64,000 bases of DNA from an uncultured Chloroflexia bacterium (GTDB lineage Bacteria; Chloroflexota; Limnocylindria; Limnocylindrales; CSP1-4), in the NCBI GenBank assembly GCA_963724095.1, contig CAVRTH010000019.1, positions 536,640 to 600,639 of the forward strand, in the 5' to 3' direction. Shown one piece after another: positions 1 through 10,439 of the stretch. How positions within the stretch are numbered: the first letter of the stretch is position 1; each line of letters begins with the position of its first letter. The notes beneath the pieces were generated by a model that saw only the letters and a program-made list of their open reading frames with translations, was not told the DNA's origin and made no database searches. Position numbers and translations under genes: made by a program.

Positions 1-48
1 GCTTGGTCAGCCCCTCGGTCTTGATGGGCGGCGCCCCTTCGATCGTGG

Positions 49-525
49 TCATGCGTCCCCTCGTTGCGACTCCTTGTAGTTCTCCCACCGTGCTGCCAGG
101 CGGGGAAGCTCCGCCAGCCAGAAATCGGCGAAGGCGATCATCTCGTCGAGCCCATCGGTGCGCGGCAGCCCGCCGGCGTCCCGCATCTCTCGCCCCATCG
201 CCGCCAACTCGCCAAAGCCCTGCATCTTGGCCCTTGCCATCGAGATCCAGAAGTCGGGGCGCAGGCGGTAGTAGGTCTTGCGGTCGCCGACCCGGTGTCG
301 TTGCTCGATCGCCGCCATCTGCAGCAGCAGGCGTGCGCTGGAGCTGACCGAGGCTGGGCTGAGGCCCGCCCGGGAGCAGATCTCGCCAGCCGACTGTTCG
401 GCCGGCGCGCACGCCAGCAGATAGCCGAACATCTGTCCCGCGGCCCGAGGCACACCGAGCGACGCGAACCACGTGCCCATCTGCTCCACGAGGGCATCGA
501 TGGCAGCGACTCGCCGGTCCATCAC
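49..525 (-). CDS. winged-helix (MarR/GbsR-like) transcriptional regulator
   Basis: 158-aa ORF with a central HTH-like segment (ICSRAGLSPASVSSSARLL) and an AT-rich region upstream of its start at 525-560. Confidence 0.45.
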   Translation of the reverse strand: MMDRRVAAIDALVEQMGTWFASLGVPRAAGQMFGYLLACAPAEQSAGEICSRAGLSPASVSSSARLLLQMAAIEQRHRVGDRKTYYRLRPDFWISMARAKMQGFGELAAMGREMRDAGGLPRTDGLDEMIAFADFWLAELPRLAARWENYKESQRGDA

Positions 526-694
526 TTCAGTAAGTTCCGAACATTTGGGTCATACAGTCATTACGATATCACGCCCAGACGCGGTTGCTGCGCGGTCCGC
601 CCCACCCCGTCTGACCTCGTTGCGAACACGCTCCGCCGCCAGACGTCAGCAGGGTCCCGGAAGCACGTGGCGTTCGTCGGGCGGGGAGGAGAGG

Positions 695-770
695 TGGCGC
701 GCCCGGCGGGACTCGAACCCACGGCCTTCTGCTCCGGAGGCAGACGCTCTATCCACTGAGCTACGGGCGC
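695..770 (-). tRNA. tRNA-Arg (anticodon CCG)
   Basis: Reverse complement reads GCGCCCGTAGCTCAGTGGATAGAGCGTCTGCCTCCGGAGCAGAAGGCCGTGGGTTCGAGTCCCGCCGGGCGCGCCA. Anticodon loop is CTCCGGA, a T-loop GGTTCGAGTCC is present and CCA is encoded. Confidence 0.85.
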
Positions 771-800
771 TTGTGTGTCCATTAGACCACAGCGTTCCGC

Positions 801-1178
801 GTGGGCGGCGCGAGGAGCAAATGGTCGAACGACGATGAAGGTGCTCGTCCTGGGCGGTGGCTCTGCGGTCTTCGCCGGCGTTGCGGTCGGCGCACCGGAC
901 GTGCCTCCGGCAGGACCTACCAGACCTCACTCGGCATCGAGCCTGCCGCTGTCGGTTTCGTCACCGCCCTGGTCTACGGCGAGCGCACGCAGTGGCTCAG
1001 GAACGTGCTCTTGGCGGGGACCATGGAGATCGTGTCCGAGGGTTCGGGCTGGACGGTCGACGAGCCCGAGATCGTCCCGCTGGAGTCGTGCGATATCTCC
1101 AGCATGGACAAGCGACTCCACTGCCTTCTCGCCTTCAGGAGCGCGTTGCGGCTCCACAAGGTCGGCCCGGAGACCTGA
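801..1178 (+). pseudogene. DUF385 / deazaflavin-dependent nitroreductase-like remnant (N-terminus in another frame)
   Basis: C-terminal segment VGFVTALVYGERTQWLRNVLLAGTMEIVSEG resembles the F420H2-dependent reductase family motif (YG.R..W.RN..AAG). The N-terminal part is Arg-rich junk, with MKVLVLGGG in an adjacent frame. Confidence 0.3.
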
Positions 1179-1199
1179 GGTGCTTGCTAGAGTCGAGCC

Positions 1200-2606
1200 A
1201 TGAGCCAACCAAACCGCGGAGCCACCCGCACCGAGACCGATTCGATGGGCGCCGTGGAGGTGCCTGCCGACCGTTACTGGGGAGCCCAGACCGAGCGTTC
1301 CTTGCACCACTTTGCCATCGGCGACCCCGAAGCCGAACGTATGCCGCGCGACATCGTGCATGCCATGGGTCTCCTGAAGCAGGCCTGTGCCGAGGTCAAC
1401 GACGAGGCCGGCAGACTCCCTGCCGGCATCGGCCGGCTGATCGTGCAGGCGGCACAGGAGGTCGCGGCCGGCGACTTGGACGACCACTTCCCGCTGTACA
1501 TCTGGCAGACGGGCTCGGGCACGCAGTCGAACATGAACAGCAACGAAGTCATCGCCAACCGCGCCATCGAGCTGGCTGGCGGTGTGCTCGGCAGCAAGGA
1601 CCCGGTACACCCCAACGACCATGTCAACAAGTCGCAGTCGTCCAATGACACCTTCCCCACCGCCATGCACGTGGCCATCGTCTCCGTCATCGTGCATGCG
1701 CTGCTGCCGTCGGTAGCCCGCCTGCGCGACGAGCTGGCTGCGCGCGCGGCTGACTTCGCCGGTATCGTCAAGATCGGTCGCACCCACCTGCAGGACGCCG
1801 TCCCGCTCACCCTGGGCCAGGAGTTCAGCGGCTATGTGGCCCAGCTCGATGCCGACATCGAGCGCATCGAGGCGACGCTGGCGGGTCTCTACGAGCTGGC
1901 CATCGGTGGCACCGCAGTGGGCACCGGACTCAATGCACCTGCGGGCTTCGATGAAGCGGTGGCCGCGCGCATCGCCGAGCTCAGCGGCCTGCCGTTCGTG
2001 AGTGCACCCAACAAATTCGCCGCCCTGGCAGCACACGACGCGGTCGTCTTCGCCAGCGGGGCCCTGGCCACGCTGGCGGCCAGCCTCACCAAGATCGCCA
2101 ACGACCTGCGCTGGCTGGGAAGCGGCCCTCGTTCCGGTCTCGGCGAGCTGTCGCTGCCAGAGAACGAGCCGGGCTCGTCGATCATGCCGGGCAAGGTGAA
2201 CCCCACCCAGGCCGAGGCGATGACGATGGTGGCGGCCCAGGTCTATGGCAACGACGCCACCGTGAAGTTCGCCGGGTCCCAGGGCAACTTCGAGCTCAAC
2301 GTCTACAAGCCGGTCATGGCCGCCAACGCCATCCGATCTGCGCGGCTGATGGCCGATGCCTGTGACACCTTCCGCGAGTTCGCGGTCGCCGGCGTGACGG
2401 CCAATCGCGAGCGCATCGCCGAGCTGGTGGCGCAATCACTGATGCTGGTCACGGCCCTGAACCCGAAGATCGGCTACGACCGCGCGGCGGAGGTGGCCAA
2501 GAAAGCCCACAAGGAAGGCACCACGCTGAAGGCTGCTGCACTCGCGCTGGGCTATGTCACCGAAGAAGAGTTCGATGAGCTGGTCCGGCCCGAGCGGATG
2601 GTGTGA
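1200..2606 (+). CDS. fumC: class II fumarate hydratase
   Basis: 468 aa. N-terminus [24 protein letters not shown] and the fumarate-lyase signature [16 protein letters not shown]. Confidence 0.9.
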   Translation: MSQPNRGATRTETDSMGAVEVPADRYWGAQTERSLHHFAIGDPEAERMPRDIVHAMGLLKQACAEVNDEAGRLPAGIGRLIVQAAQEVAAGDLDDHFPLYIWQTGSGTQSNMNSNEVIANRAIELAGGVLGSKDPVHPNDHVNKSQSSNDTFPTAMHVAIVSVIVHALLPSVARLRDELAARAADFAGIVKIGRTHLQDAVPLTLGQEFSGYVAQLDADIERIEATLAGLYELAIGGTAVGTGLNAPAGFDEAVAARIAELSGLPFVSAPNKFAALAAHDAVVFASGALATLAASLTKIANDLRWLGSGPRSGLGELSLPENEPGSSIMPGKVNPTQAEAMTMVAAQVYGNDATVKFAGSQGNFELNVYKPVMAANAIRSARLMADACDTFREFAVAGVTANRERIAELVAQSLMLVTALNPKIGYDRAAEVAKKAHKEGTTLKAAALALGYVTEEEFDELVRPERMV

Positions 2607-2745
2607 GGGAGTGGGGTTCAGACCTCTCCCGCGTCTAGCAGGTACCTACCGAGCAGGTAGCTACGCCATCGAACAGCGGCTCCTGCTGCGGCTGAGCAGC
2701 GGATACGCGGTCGGTGCTCGCGGCTCGAGCGTCGCCAGAATCGAG

Positions 2746-2770
2746 GCGACCCCGTCAATGACGGGGTCGC
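2746..2770. terminator. GC-rich hairpin (11-bp stem, loop AATG) followed by TTTA; candidate bidirectional terminator between the convergent fumC and hisA-like genes
   Basis: gcgaccccgtc aatg acggggtcgc ttta read directly in the sequence. Confidence 0.35.
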
Positions 2771-2954
2771 TTTAACTGTCCCGGCTTGATCTGGAGCAAG
2801 CTCCCGATCGTTCTGCCACGGCGCAAGGGCATCTATGACGCCGGCTTCACCGGCTACCCTAACCCAACCTACCCATGACCTTGCGTCTAGGTCAGTAGTG
2901 CTGTCGAGCAGCACGCTGCGCATAGTAGCGTTCTTCTGGATAGAAACTCAAGGG

Positions 2955-2973
2955 TCTATGCACGTTGCATAGA
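2955..2973. promoter_or_regulatory. 8-3-8 perfect inverted repeat TCTATGCA-cgt-TGCATAGA in an AT-rich pocket
   Basis: Seen directly. Lies in an unusually AT-rich 70-bp stretch of an otherwise 70% GC region, with no convincing coding target. Confidence 0.3.
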
Positions 2974-3028
2974 TGAAGGTTCCATAACATTCTGCGAGGC
3001 CGCAGCCGTGCGCGTCGGTGATGTGGGC

Positions 3029-3732
3029 TCAAGCGACGGCACGGGACGCCTCAGCCAGGTCGATGGAACCGGTGAACAGGGCCTCACCCAGGATGACCCC
3101 AGCTATCCCGGCATCTCGTAGTGTCCGCAGGCCATCGAGGTTGGTGACGCCACCAGCTACCAGCACCTCGGCGTCCAGGTTTGCAGCCAGGTTCCGCAGT
3201 GGCTCGACGCCGTCGCTAGCCACGTGCGAGAACACGAAGCGACCCACACCGGCTGCCTGGAACTCGATCAGCAACTCCTCCAGCGTGGGCCGAGGGCGGC
3301 GCCTCCAGGGGTAGCCGCGCAGGCTCTCCGGCCGCGCGTCCATGCCCACCGCCAGCCAGTCGCCGGCGATCGCTCAGGCATTCCGCCAGTCGTGCGTGAT
3401 CCTCGGCCACGGCCCACAGTGGCAGCACGACACGAGTGGCACCGGCCGCGAACGCGATCTCGACCTGCTCCGGTCCATCGACTCCGCCGGCCAGCTGCAA
3501 CGGCTTGGCCACGGCCCGCGCGATCGAGCTGATGGCCTCGAGATTGGCGGGCCGGCCTCGGGCGGCACCGTCGAGGTCGACGAGGTGGATCGGCCGGCAC
3601 CCCCTGGGCCGCAAGAACCTGGGCGATGGCTGCTGGCCGGTCGGTGGGTGTACCCATTCCCGTCGAGGCACCCGGCCACCACACCAGCCGTGAACGGCCG
3701 TTCTGGAGATCCAGGCTGGGGATGACCTGCAT
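3029..3732 (-). pseudogene. hisA: HisA/PriA-like (ProFAR isomerase family) gene split across three frames
   Basis: N-terminus MQVIPSLDLQNGRSRLV, middle IHLVDLDGAARGRPANLEAISSIARAV (second frame) and C-terminus LVAGGVTNLDGLRTLRDAGIAGVILGEALFTG (third frame); two frame breaks. Confidence 0.55.
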
Positions 3733-5408
3733 CAGCCCGCTGCGGCCGTGCGTGGCATCGTCGGGCCACCACCCTCGCCAGCCAGCAGTCGGCGATGGAA
3801 CGAGATCGGCAGGTTGCCCGAGTAGAGCAGGGCGTCGTGGAAGCCCTTGAGCGAGAAGGCGACGCCCAGTCGTGCCTGCTCATCTGCACGCAACCGCAGC
3901 AACAGCACCTTGCCCAGCAGGTACGAGAGGTTGTAGCCCGGTGTTTGGGTATAGCGATGCACCTCGGCCCTGGCCACGGAACGTTCGAAACCGGTGTGTT
4001 CCACGAGGAAATCGATAGCCTCGGCCACGCTGATCTCGCCGCGATGGAGCCGGATGTCGAGGATGATCCGCGCCGCGCGCCAGATGGCGTCGGTAGCCAC
4101 GATGACCCGTCGCTCGGGCGTGTCCTCGAAGCCCTCCTCCAGCATCATCTGCTCGCAGTACATGCCCCAGCCTTCGTGGAACTCGGGCGCCTCCGTCAGC
4201 AGCCGGGACGGCGTCGGTGACGACAACGCCGCCGCGAACTGGAGATGGTGGCCCGGGTAGGCTTCGTGGACGCTGGTATTGACGATGCTCGCCCAGTTGT
4301 GCTCCAGCATCGCACGTGGGTCGCCATCCACCGAGGGGGTGACGATGTAGACGCCACGGATGGGTCGGTCGAAGGCGGCCGGCTCGAAGTACGCTGCCAA
4401 CGGGATGGTGCTGCGCATGTGTTTGGGCGTCGCTACGATCTCGATGAGGTCGTCGGCCGGCAGGGTGGCCAGATCGTGTTCGGCGATGTATGCGCGAGCC
4501 CGCATCATCGCGTCGCGGTAACCCGCCAGCGCGGCGGCGAACTCGACTGGTCCATCGGCCTTCACGCGCTCTGTGATCTCAGCCTCCGAGAGCCTGGGTC
4601 GATCGCTCGGCCCGCCTCACGCCGAGCCTCGTGCATGGCCTCGAGTTGCTCGTATCCGATGGCCAGGATGTCGTCGGCGCTCAAGCCATCCAGGGCGCGC
4701 AGAGCGATGAGCCGATCGAGCTCGTCAGCACCCAGAGCCACGGCATCGACACTGCGGTCCAGCTGTGTCTCGATCCAGGCGGCATAGTCGAGGAGCGCCG
4801 CCTTGGTGGCACGTGCGGCGCCATGCAACCGCCCCAGCTCCGGGCTGCCCGCCGGCCACACCGCGGTGGCGCTGGTGACGATCTCGTGCACCAGCAGGGG
4901 CAACTCGACTGCCGCCGATCTCCTCCTTCTCCAACCATAGCCGGACCGGCCGGTCTGCCAGCCGGTCGCGCACTTGCTCAAGGGCTGTCGGGATGCCCTC
5001 GATCCGATGCGTCAGCGACAGCAGGCGTTCCTCGAGCGGGGCGAATTCGCGCGCGGCCAGCAGGAACAAGGCGGTGCCGATCTCGTCGGTGGCGGATGTG
5101 CTGCGTTCCCAGCCCCTCACCACCTCCGCGTCGAAGAGGCGTAGTCGAGCGCCGTGCAGAGCTAGTTCGCGTTCGAAGCACACGGCCTCACTCAGTGTGG
5201 CCCGATCGATCGCTTCCAGCTCGGCTACGAAGCGGCGCTCGGCGACGATGTCCGCCTCCTTGGCGCTCCGGCTCAGGTCGGCCAGGCGGCCATCGTGGGC
5301 GTGGATGCCGAGCGCCGTGGCCCAGGCCGGGTACGTCTCCATGAGCGCCTCGAATCGCGACCCGATCGTTTCCTCGACGACCTTGTCAGCCGCCGCCTCG
5401 CCGCTCAC
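3732..5408 (-). pseudogene. DUF885 family protein (putative metallopeptidase with HEAYPGHH motif), two frame breaks
   Basis: Three consecutive minus-strand ORFs (4725-5408, 4562-4981, 3732-4565) together reconstruct a DUF885-like protein of about 560 aa. Its stop overlaps the hisA-like start (ATGA). Confidence 0.6.
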
Positions 5409-6493
5409 GTGGCCAGACCGGTTGCTGCCAATGACTCGCGCGTGACGACCAGGGCCCGCTCGATGTCGGCGCGCTCGATGCCATAGTGCGTGAGCGCCCT
5501 GACGCGACCGCCGCTGTATTCGATGTAGCCCACGCCGCGCTGCCGCATCTCGGCCATGAAGGCAGCCCGTGCCGCCAGTGGCTCCTGGTCCGCTCGCGGC
5601 TTGACCCCGAAGACGATGTAGTTGGTCGTCACACGCTCCGGATCAAGGCCGGTGATGCCGTCCAACTGGGCCAGGCCCTGAGCCAGGCTTTGCGCGTTGG
5701 CGTGATCTTCGGCCAGGCGCTCGATCATGCCTTCCGGGCCGTCGCTCAGGGCGATCAGTCCGGGCGCAGCCAGGACGCCGACCTGGCGCATACCCCCGCC
5801 CACGATCTTGCGGGCGCGACGGGCGCGCCGGATGAAGTCGGCGCTGCCGACCACCACCGAGCCGACCGGGCAGGACAGGCCCTTGGACAGGCAGAACGTG
5901 GCGCTGTCAGCATCGGCCAGCAGCGTCGTGGCAGTGGTATCAAGGGCGACGACCGCGTTCCACAGGCGAGCGCCATCGACGTGGAGTGGAACGCCCATCT
6001 CGTGCGCGACCTCGGCGACTGCTGAGATGTAGGAGCCAGGCAGCGGCTGGCCCATCGAGGGCGAGTGCGTGTTCTCGAGCATCAGCAGTGCCGTCGGTGG
6101 CTGGTGGAAGTCGTCAGGGTTGCTGCGTGCGGCACGGATATCGTCAAGAGCCATGGTGCCGTCCGGAGCGGCCGGGATGCCTCGAATGGTGGCGCCGGTG
6201 ATGACCGCATGTCCGCCGGCCTCATGCTCGATGACATGAGCGCCGCTCGAGGCCACGATCTCGCCGCCGCGGGCGACATGGGCCATGTGTGACACGAGGT
6301 TGCCCATGGTGCCGCTAGCCACGAAGAGCCCCGCCTCCTTGCCGGTGAGCTCTGCGGCGCGTTCTTCGAGAGCGATGACAGTGGGGTCGTCACCGAGGAC
6401 GTCGTCGCCGACCTCGGCCTCGGCCATCGCACGGCGCATGGCAGGGGTTGGCTTGGTGACGGTGTCAGAACGGAGGTCGATGAAGTGGGGCAT
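5405..6493 (-). CDS. ltaE: low-specificity L-threonine aldolase
   Basis: MPHFIDLRSDTVTKPT N-terminus and PLP aldolase fold motifs (GTMGN, CLSKGL). Confidence 0.85.
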   Translation of the reverse strand: MPHFIDLRSDTVTKPTPAMRRAMAEAEVGDDVLGDDPTVIALEERAAELTGKEAGLFVASGTMGNLVSHMAHVARGGEIVASSGAHVIEHEAGGHAVITGATIRGIPAAPDGTMALDDIRAARSNPDDFHQPPTALLMLENTHSPSMGQPLPGSYISAVAEVAHEMGVPLHVDGARLWNAVVALDTTATTLLADADSATFCLSKGLSCPVGSVVVGSADFIRRARRARKIVGGGMRQVGVLAAPGLIALSDGPEGMIERLAEDHANAQSLAQGLAQLDGITGLDPERVTTNYIVFGVKPRADQEPLAARAAFMAEMRQRGVGYIEYSGGRVRALTHYGIERADIERALVVTRESLAATGLAT

Positions 6494-6564
6494 GGTCAGG
6501 CGAGCATACCGAGGCATCTCGTGCGGCGTGTTCGGCCGGCATTTGCTACAGTTCCCATTCCGCA

Positions 6565-6641
6565 GGACCCGTGGTGTAGCGGCCTAACATGCCAGCCTGT
6601 CACGCTGGAGATCGCCGGTTCGAATCCGGTCGGGTCCGCCA
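6565..6641 (+). tRNA. tRNA-Asp (anticodon GTC)
   Basis: GGACCCGTGGTGTAGCGGCCTAACATGCCAGCCTGTCACGCTGGAGATCGCCGGTTCGAATCCGGTCGGGTCCGCCA. Anticodon loop CTGTCAC; acceptor GGACCCG pairs with CGGGTCC; CCA encoded. Confidence 0.9.
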
Positions 6642-6734
6642 GTCCCTGCTTGGATGACTATGCTGCACGCTGTCATGCCCGCCGATAGGGGAGGCGCCGA
6701 GCCCACGTGAGCAAGACCCCGACCGATCCGCGTC

Positions 6735-8426
6735 GTGCCGAACTGGGATCCAAGAATCCTCGTTACCGCCCTCGCAGGCATCTTCCTCTTCGCCATGGCC
6801 GGCTTCGCCCTCGCTGTCATCGATGCCCAGGGGGACCAGCCGACCGAGCCCCCACCACCCTCGCTGCCGGCTATCCCGGTGGTGGGTCAGGCTGACGAAC
6901 CCACCGAGCCCGGTCCCGATGCTGCGACACCGTCACGCATCCTGCTGGCCCAGGCCGACATCACCCCGAGCCCTCTGCCCTCCGCCACTCCTCCTCCGGC
7001 TGAGCCCAGCGCCGAGTCGATGGTCGGAGCGGTCATGCCGATCGTACCGGTGGCGAGCTTCTGGTCGAAGCACGTAGGACTCACTTCGCGTGATATCAGG
7101 CGTGGATTGAAGACCGGCTCGATAGGCGGCTTCAAGCGCGTTGTCGTCGAGGAAGCCATCGCAGATGTCCTGGCTGGCAGCCTTGGTGTCGAGTTCCACC
7201 CCGACGTGCTTCGCGCTGACGCGGAGCACGTCGCCAGCGCCGTCAGCCGTGGCGCCCTCGGGCTCATGGCGGCCTCCCACGCGACTCCGTCGGTTCGACT
7301 GCTGGAGGTCGACGGCAGGTCACTGGTGGGTAACGATCGCATCAGCGATGTCGCCGCTTGGCCGCTGACCGTGAGCCTGGATCTTCCCGCGCAAGAGGCC
7401 TGGGACCAGGGACAGACCTGGGTGCTGGTCGCCGGCGGCGATTCCTTCACCGACCGCGGCATCTACGACAAAGTCGTACGCAAGGGCAAAGGTGTCGACT
7501 ATCCCTTCGACGGCGGCACCGCACGTGTCACCGGACACGGCTGCTGCGACCCCGTCTTCCACGACAACGTCGTGCCCCGCTATGTGCTGACCGGGAACAA
7601 GGGCATGGTGCGCAAGCTCTTCAAGGGGGCCGAGCTGGCCATCGCCAACCACGAGCAGCCAGTCACCAACGCTGCGGTCCACCACACCAGCGGCACACGC
7701 TTCAGCGGCGAGCCGGCATCGACCAAGATCTTCACCCGAGCGGGCATCGATTTCTTCTCGTTGGCCAACAACCACATCAAGGATTACGGCACAGACGGGA
7801 TCAAGGACACCCGGCGCATCCTGAGGCAGAACGGCATCGCCTTCGGAGGTGCCGGCAAGGATCTTGAACAAGCCCGGCGCCTGAGCTACCTGCAGGCAGG
7901 TGACACTCGCATCGCGGTCGTCCCCTGCCTGGGCATCGTGCGCGCGTACTGGGCCGGACCCAACGAGAGCGGCGCCACCCCATGCCTGGACCGCTACCTC
8001 GTGCCCGACATCAAGCAGGCCGCCAGATCGGCCGACTTGGTCATCGTCTTCCCGCACTGGGGCGTCGAGTACACCCGTCAGCCGCTGCCCTCCATGCGCA
8101 AGCACGCCGCCCGCTGGGTCAAGGCGGGCGCGGATCTCGTCCTCGGCGCGCATAGCCATGTCGCCGGCGCCATCGAGGACATCGATGGGGTGCCCGTGCT
8201 GTACTCACTGGGCAACCTCATCTTCGACCAGAACTGGTCCACCAACACCATGGAGTCAGCCCTGCTGGAGGCGACCTTCTACGGTGACCGGCTCATCGAG
8301 ATGCGACTGCTGCCCTACATCATCCACGACGCCAGCCAGCCCAACCTGCTCGATCCGACGAGCGGAGAGGGACGCCGGCTGCTGGTGGAGATGAAGCGGG
8401 CCTCGGCCGACTGGCTCGACTGGTAG
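6735..8426 (+). CDS. CapA/PgsA-family metallophosphatase with N-terminal TM helix and Pro-rich linker
   Basis: GTG start. N-terminal TM segment (ILVTALAGIFLFAMAGFALAV) and a PTEPPPPS.../PSPLPSATPPPAEP linker. C-terminal half has CapA-like motifs (VFPHWGVEY, LGAHSH, LYSLGNLIFDQ). Confidence 0.8.
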   Translation: MPNWDPRILVTALAGIFLFAMAGFALAVIDAQGDQPTEPPPPSLPAIPVVGQADEPTEPGPDAATPSRILLAQADITPSPLPSATPPPAEPSAESMVGAVMPIVPVASFWSKHVGLTSRDIRRGLKTGSIGGFKRVVVEEAIADVLAGSLGVEFHPDVLRADAEHVASAVSRGALGLMAASHATPSVRLLEVDGRSLVGNDRISDVAAWPLTVSLDLPAQEAWDQGQTWVLVAGGDSFTDRGIYDKVVRKGKGVDYPFDGGTARVTGHGCCDPVFHDNVVPRYVLTGNKGMVRKLFKGAELAIANHEQPVTNAAVHHTSGTRFSGEPASTKIFTRAGIDFFSLANNHIKDYGTDGIKDTRRILRQNGIAFGGAGKDLEQARRLSYLQAGDTRIAVVPCLGIVRAYWAGPNESGATPCLDRYLVPDIKQAARSADLVIVFPHWGVEYTRQPLPSMRKHAARWVKAGADLVLGAHSHVAGAIEDIDGVPVLYSLGNLIFDQNWSTNTMESALLEATFYGDRLIEMRLLPYIIHDASQPNLLDPTSGEGRRLLVEMKRASADWLDW

Positions 8427-8720
8427 TCACGCCAAAGGTCACGGCCGCGTCCCCAGGCTGACACCAGATGGACGCTTTCTTCCGGCACCCCGTTGGTGGT
8501 GACCTTCGCCCCGCTCTTCACGCTTGGCGTGCTGCTGCAAGCCGGCGTCAAACCCCTTCCTCGAGGACGCCCGCTGTCGGGGTCCCGGGCACTCGCGGTC
8601 CATTTTCGCAGGCTTATCTCACGGCATGTTCGTGGGACCGATCGTGCTCATCGGCGCCGGCCTGTGGGATCTCCGGCCCGACTGGGAACCGATGCTGATC
8701 CGCTTCCGCCTCTGACGAAG

Positions 8721-9581
8721 TCAGGCCAGGCCGGCTTCCCGGGCGCTGGGCCACAGCGAGAGGTCGATGCCCGGAACAAGGTTGGGCAGTTGGGCCAGGT
8801 CCGCTGCATAGCCGGCCAGCAGTGCCGCGTGCAACGACGGTGAGGGCGCGAACTTGTCGCGGGTCGTGGGGTTGACTTCCCCGCGCAATGCCTCGGCGTC
8901 AAGCTCGTGTGGCGGCAGGCCCAGGAACTCGTAGGTGCGTCCCAGCTGATCGGCCGGATCGGTACGGCAGGCTTCGTATTGGCCGACCCACACCTGTTCG
9001 GCCGGGAAGGCCGCCAGCACCCGTCGCAGTTGTGGCGCGTAGAGGCCGCGTTGGAAGGCGCCCTGGATATCACGATCGGTCAGTGGCTTTCGGGAGGTCG
9101 CCAGCTGATGGGTCAGCCCGGAGCGGAGGCGTTCGACGGGATCGCGCAGCAACACCAGGATGCGCGCATCAGGTGCGGCCATGGCGATGAGCTCGGGCGC
9201 CCAGAAGTCGATGAGGTAGCCGGGCGTCCACTCACCCGCGATCGCTCCTGTCGGCACGGGGAAGTAGCGTTGGTACCGCTCGATGTCGGCCTCCCCGAAG
9301 GGCGTTTCCCAGGAGCGATCGAAGAAGTGCAGCTCCTTGGGACGGCCGGGGGAGCTGACCACGCCCGGGTGCGACTCGATGAGTCGGTTCCACCACGAAG
9401 TGCCGGCCTTCTGGGCACCGATGCCGACGTAGTGCGGTGGGCCCACGCCCCAGTCGTCAGGGCAGCGCGGTGGCTGCGGCGGCCCGGGTTGCCGCGGTCC
9501 ACGCCATCGGTACCATGCCCGGGAACCCCGCACGGCCAGCCGACGCGCTCGTGCCCTGAGGGTCACGAGGGTGCCCTCCAC
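8721..9581 (-). CDS. PAPS-dependent sulfotransferase (paralog 1)
   Basis: 5'-PSB-like motif YVGIGAQKAGTSWW, 3'-PB-like LVLLRDPVERLRS, and PKELHFFD. N-terminal 50 aa are Arg/Pro-rich, so the true start is uncertain. Confidence 0.7.
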   Translation of the reverse strand: MEGTLVTLRARARRLAVRGSRAWYRWRGPRQPGPPQPPRCPDDWGVGPPHYVGIGAQKAGTSWWNRLIESHPGVVSSPGRPKELHFFDRSWETPFGEADIERYQRYFPVPTGAIAGEWTPGYLIDFWAPELIAMAAPDARILVLLRDPVERLRSGLTHQLATSRKPLTDRDIQGAFQRGLYAPQLRRVLAAFPAEQVWVGQYEACRTDPADQLGRTYEFLGLPPHELDAEALRGEVNPTTRDKFAPSPSLHAALLAGYAADLAQLPNLVPGIDLSLWPSAREAGLA

Positions 9582-10406
9582 AGCGACAGATCGAGTTCCG
9601 GCAGCAGCGCTGCCAGCCGCTCATTCTCGGGGGCATATCTACGCACCAGCTGATCCTGCTGCCACTCGCTCAGCATCACCTTGGGCCCCCGTGACTCGTT
9701 GATCCGGGCGGCGAGGTCCAGTTCATCAGGGATCTGGGGTGGCAGGCCGATGAAGCCATAGGTTCGCTCCAGCTGTCCCCTCGGATCAGCCACGCACTGC
9801 TCGTATTGCAGCACCAGCACCTGCTCGCGCGGGAACGCCGCCCACAGGCGCAGCAGCTGGTCGGCATAGATGCCACGGTTGAAGGCGGCGTTGGCGGCCG
9901 CCCGCACAGTGGAGCCCACGGCAAAGCGGCTCTCCGCCAATGTCCGTCCCGAGCGGAAGCGCTCGACCGGATCGACGCAGCAGGACCAGCAATCGGGCAT
10001 CGGGCGCGGCCAGGCGCAGCAGCGCCGGCGTCCAGGCGTCGAGCATGTAGCCGGGCGTCCACTCACCGCAGCGCTGGCCCTCCGGACGGGCGAACAAGGC
10101 GTGGTATCGAGCCACGTCGAGCCGGTCGAGGCCGTTGGCCCAGCGATCGTCGAAGAAGTGGGTCTCCTTCGGTGTCGTCGGCATGCGGCTGACGCCAGGG
10201 TGGGACCGGATGAGGCTGTCCCACCAGGTCGTGCCCGAACGTGCGCTGCCGACGCCGACGTAGTCGGGCGGTCCTGGCTGCCAGCCAGTGGGCGTGGCGG
10301 GTGCTGCATCGTGGGGGTTGGGCGGATCGGCCGGCATCGCGTTGATGATAGGCGGCCAGTGTGTCTCGCCCACCTTGGCTGCCAGACAGCGGGCGTGGCG
10401 GGACAC
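9566..10406 (-). CDS. PAPS-dependent sulfotransferase (paralog 2), apparent frame break near 9990-10010
   Basis: N-terminal part (YVGVGSARSGTTWW, PKETHFFDDRW, LLVLLR) sits in ORF 9786-10406. The C-terminal part (DPVERFRSG...LPELDLSLWRAPS) continues in the frame of ORF 9563-10627. Confidence 0.6.
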
Positions 10407-10439
10407 AGAGAAACGACCCGCCCCCTGGTGGGGACGGGT

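Noticed and set aside
927-2435. 502-aa ORF on the minus strand covering the fumC locus
   Set aside because: Entirely antisense to a well-supported fumC gene; the translation is low-complexity Gly/Arg/Asp-rich with no motif. Typical spurious long ORF in a 70% GC genome.
2618-2923. 101-aa minus-strand ORF immediately downstream of the 8-3-8 palindrome
   Set aside because: The first 40 codons use A/T-ending codons (gta, ggt, gtt, agg, gat, caa, aaa) atypical for this genome and there is no SD; more likely non-coding.
6707-6895. Alternative upstream start (GTG 6708) for the CapA gene
   Set aside because: It is in a different frame from the CapA ORF (which starts with GTG at 6735); the 62-aa product is Arg/Pro-rich junk.
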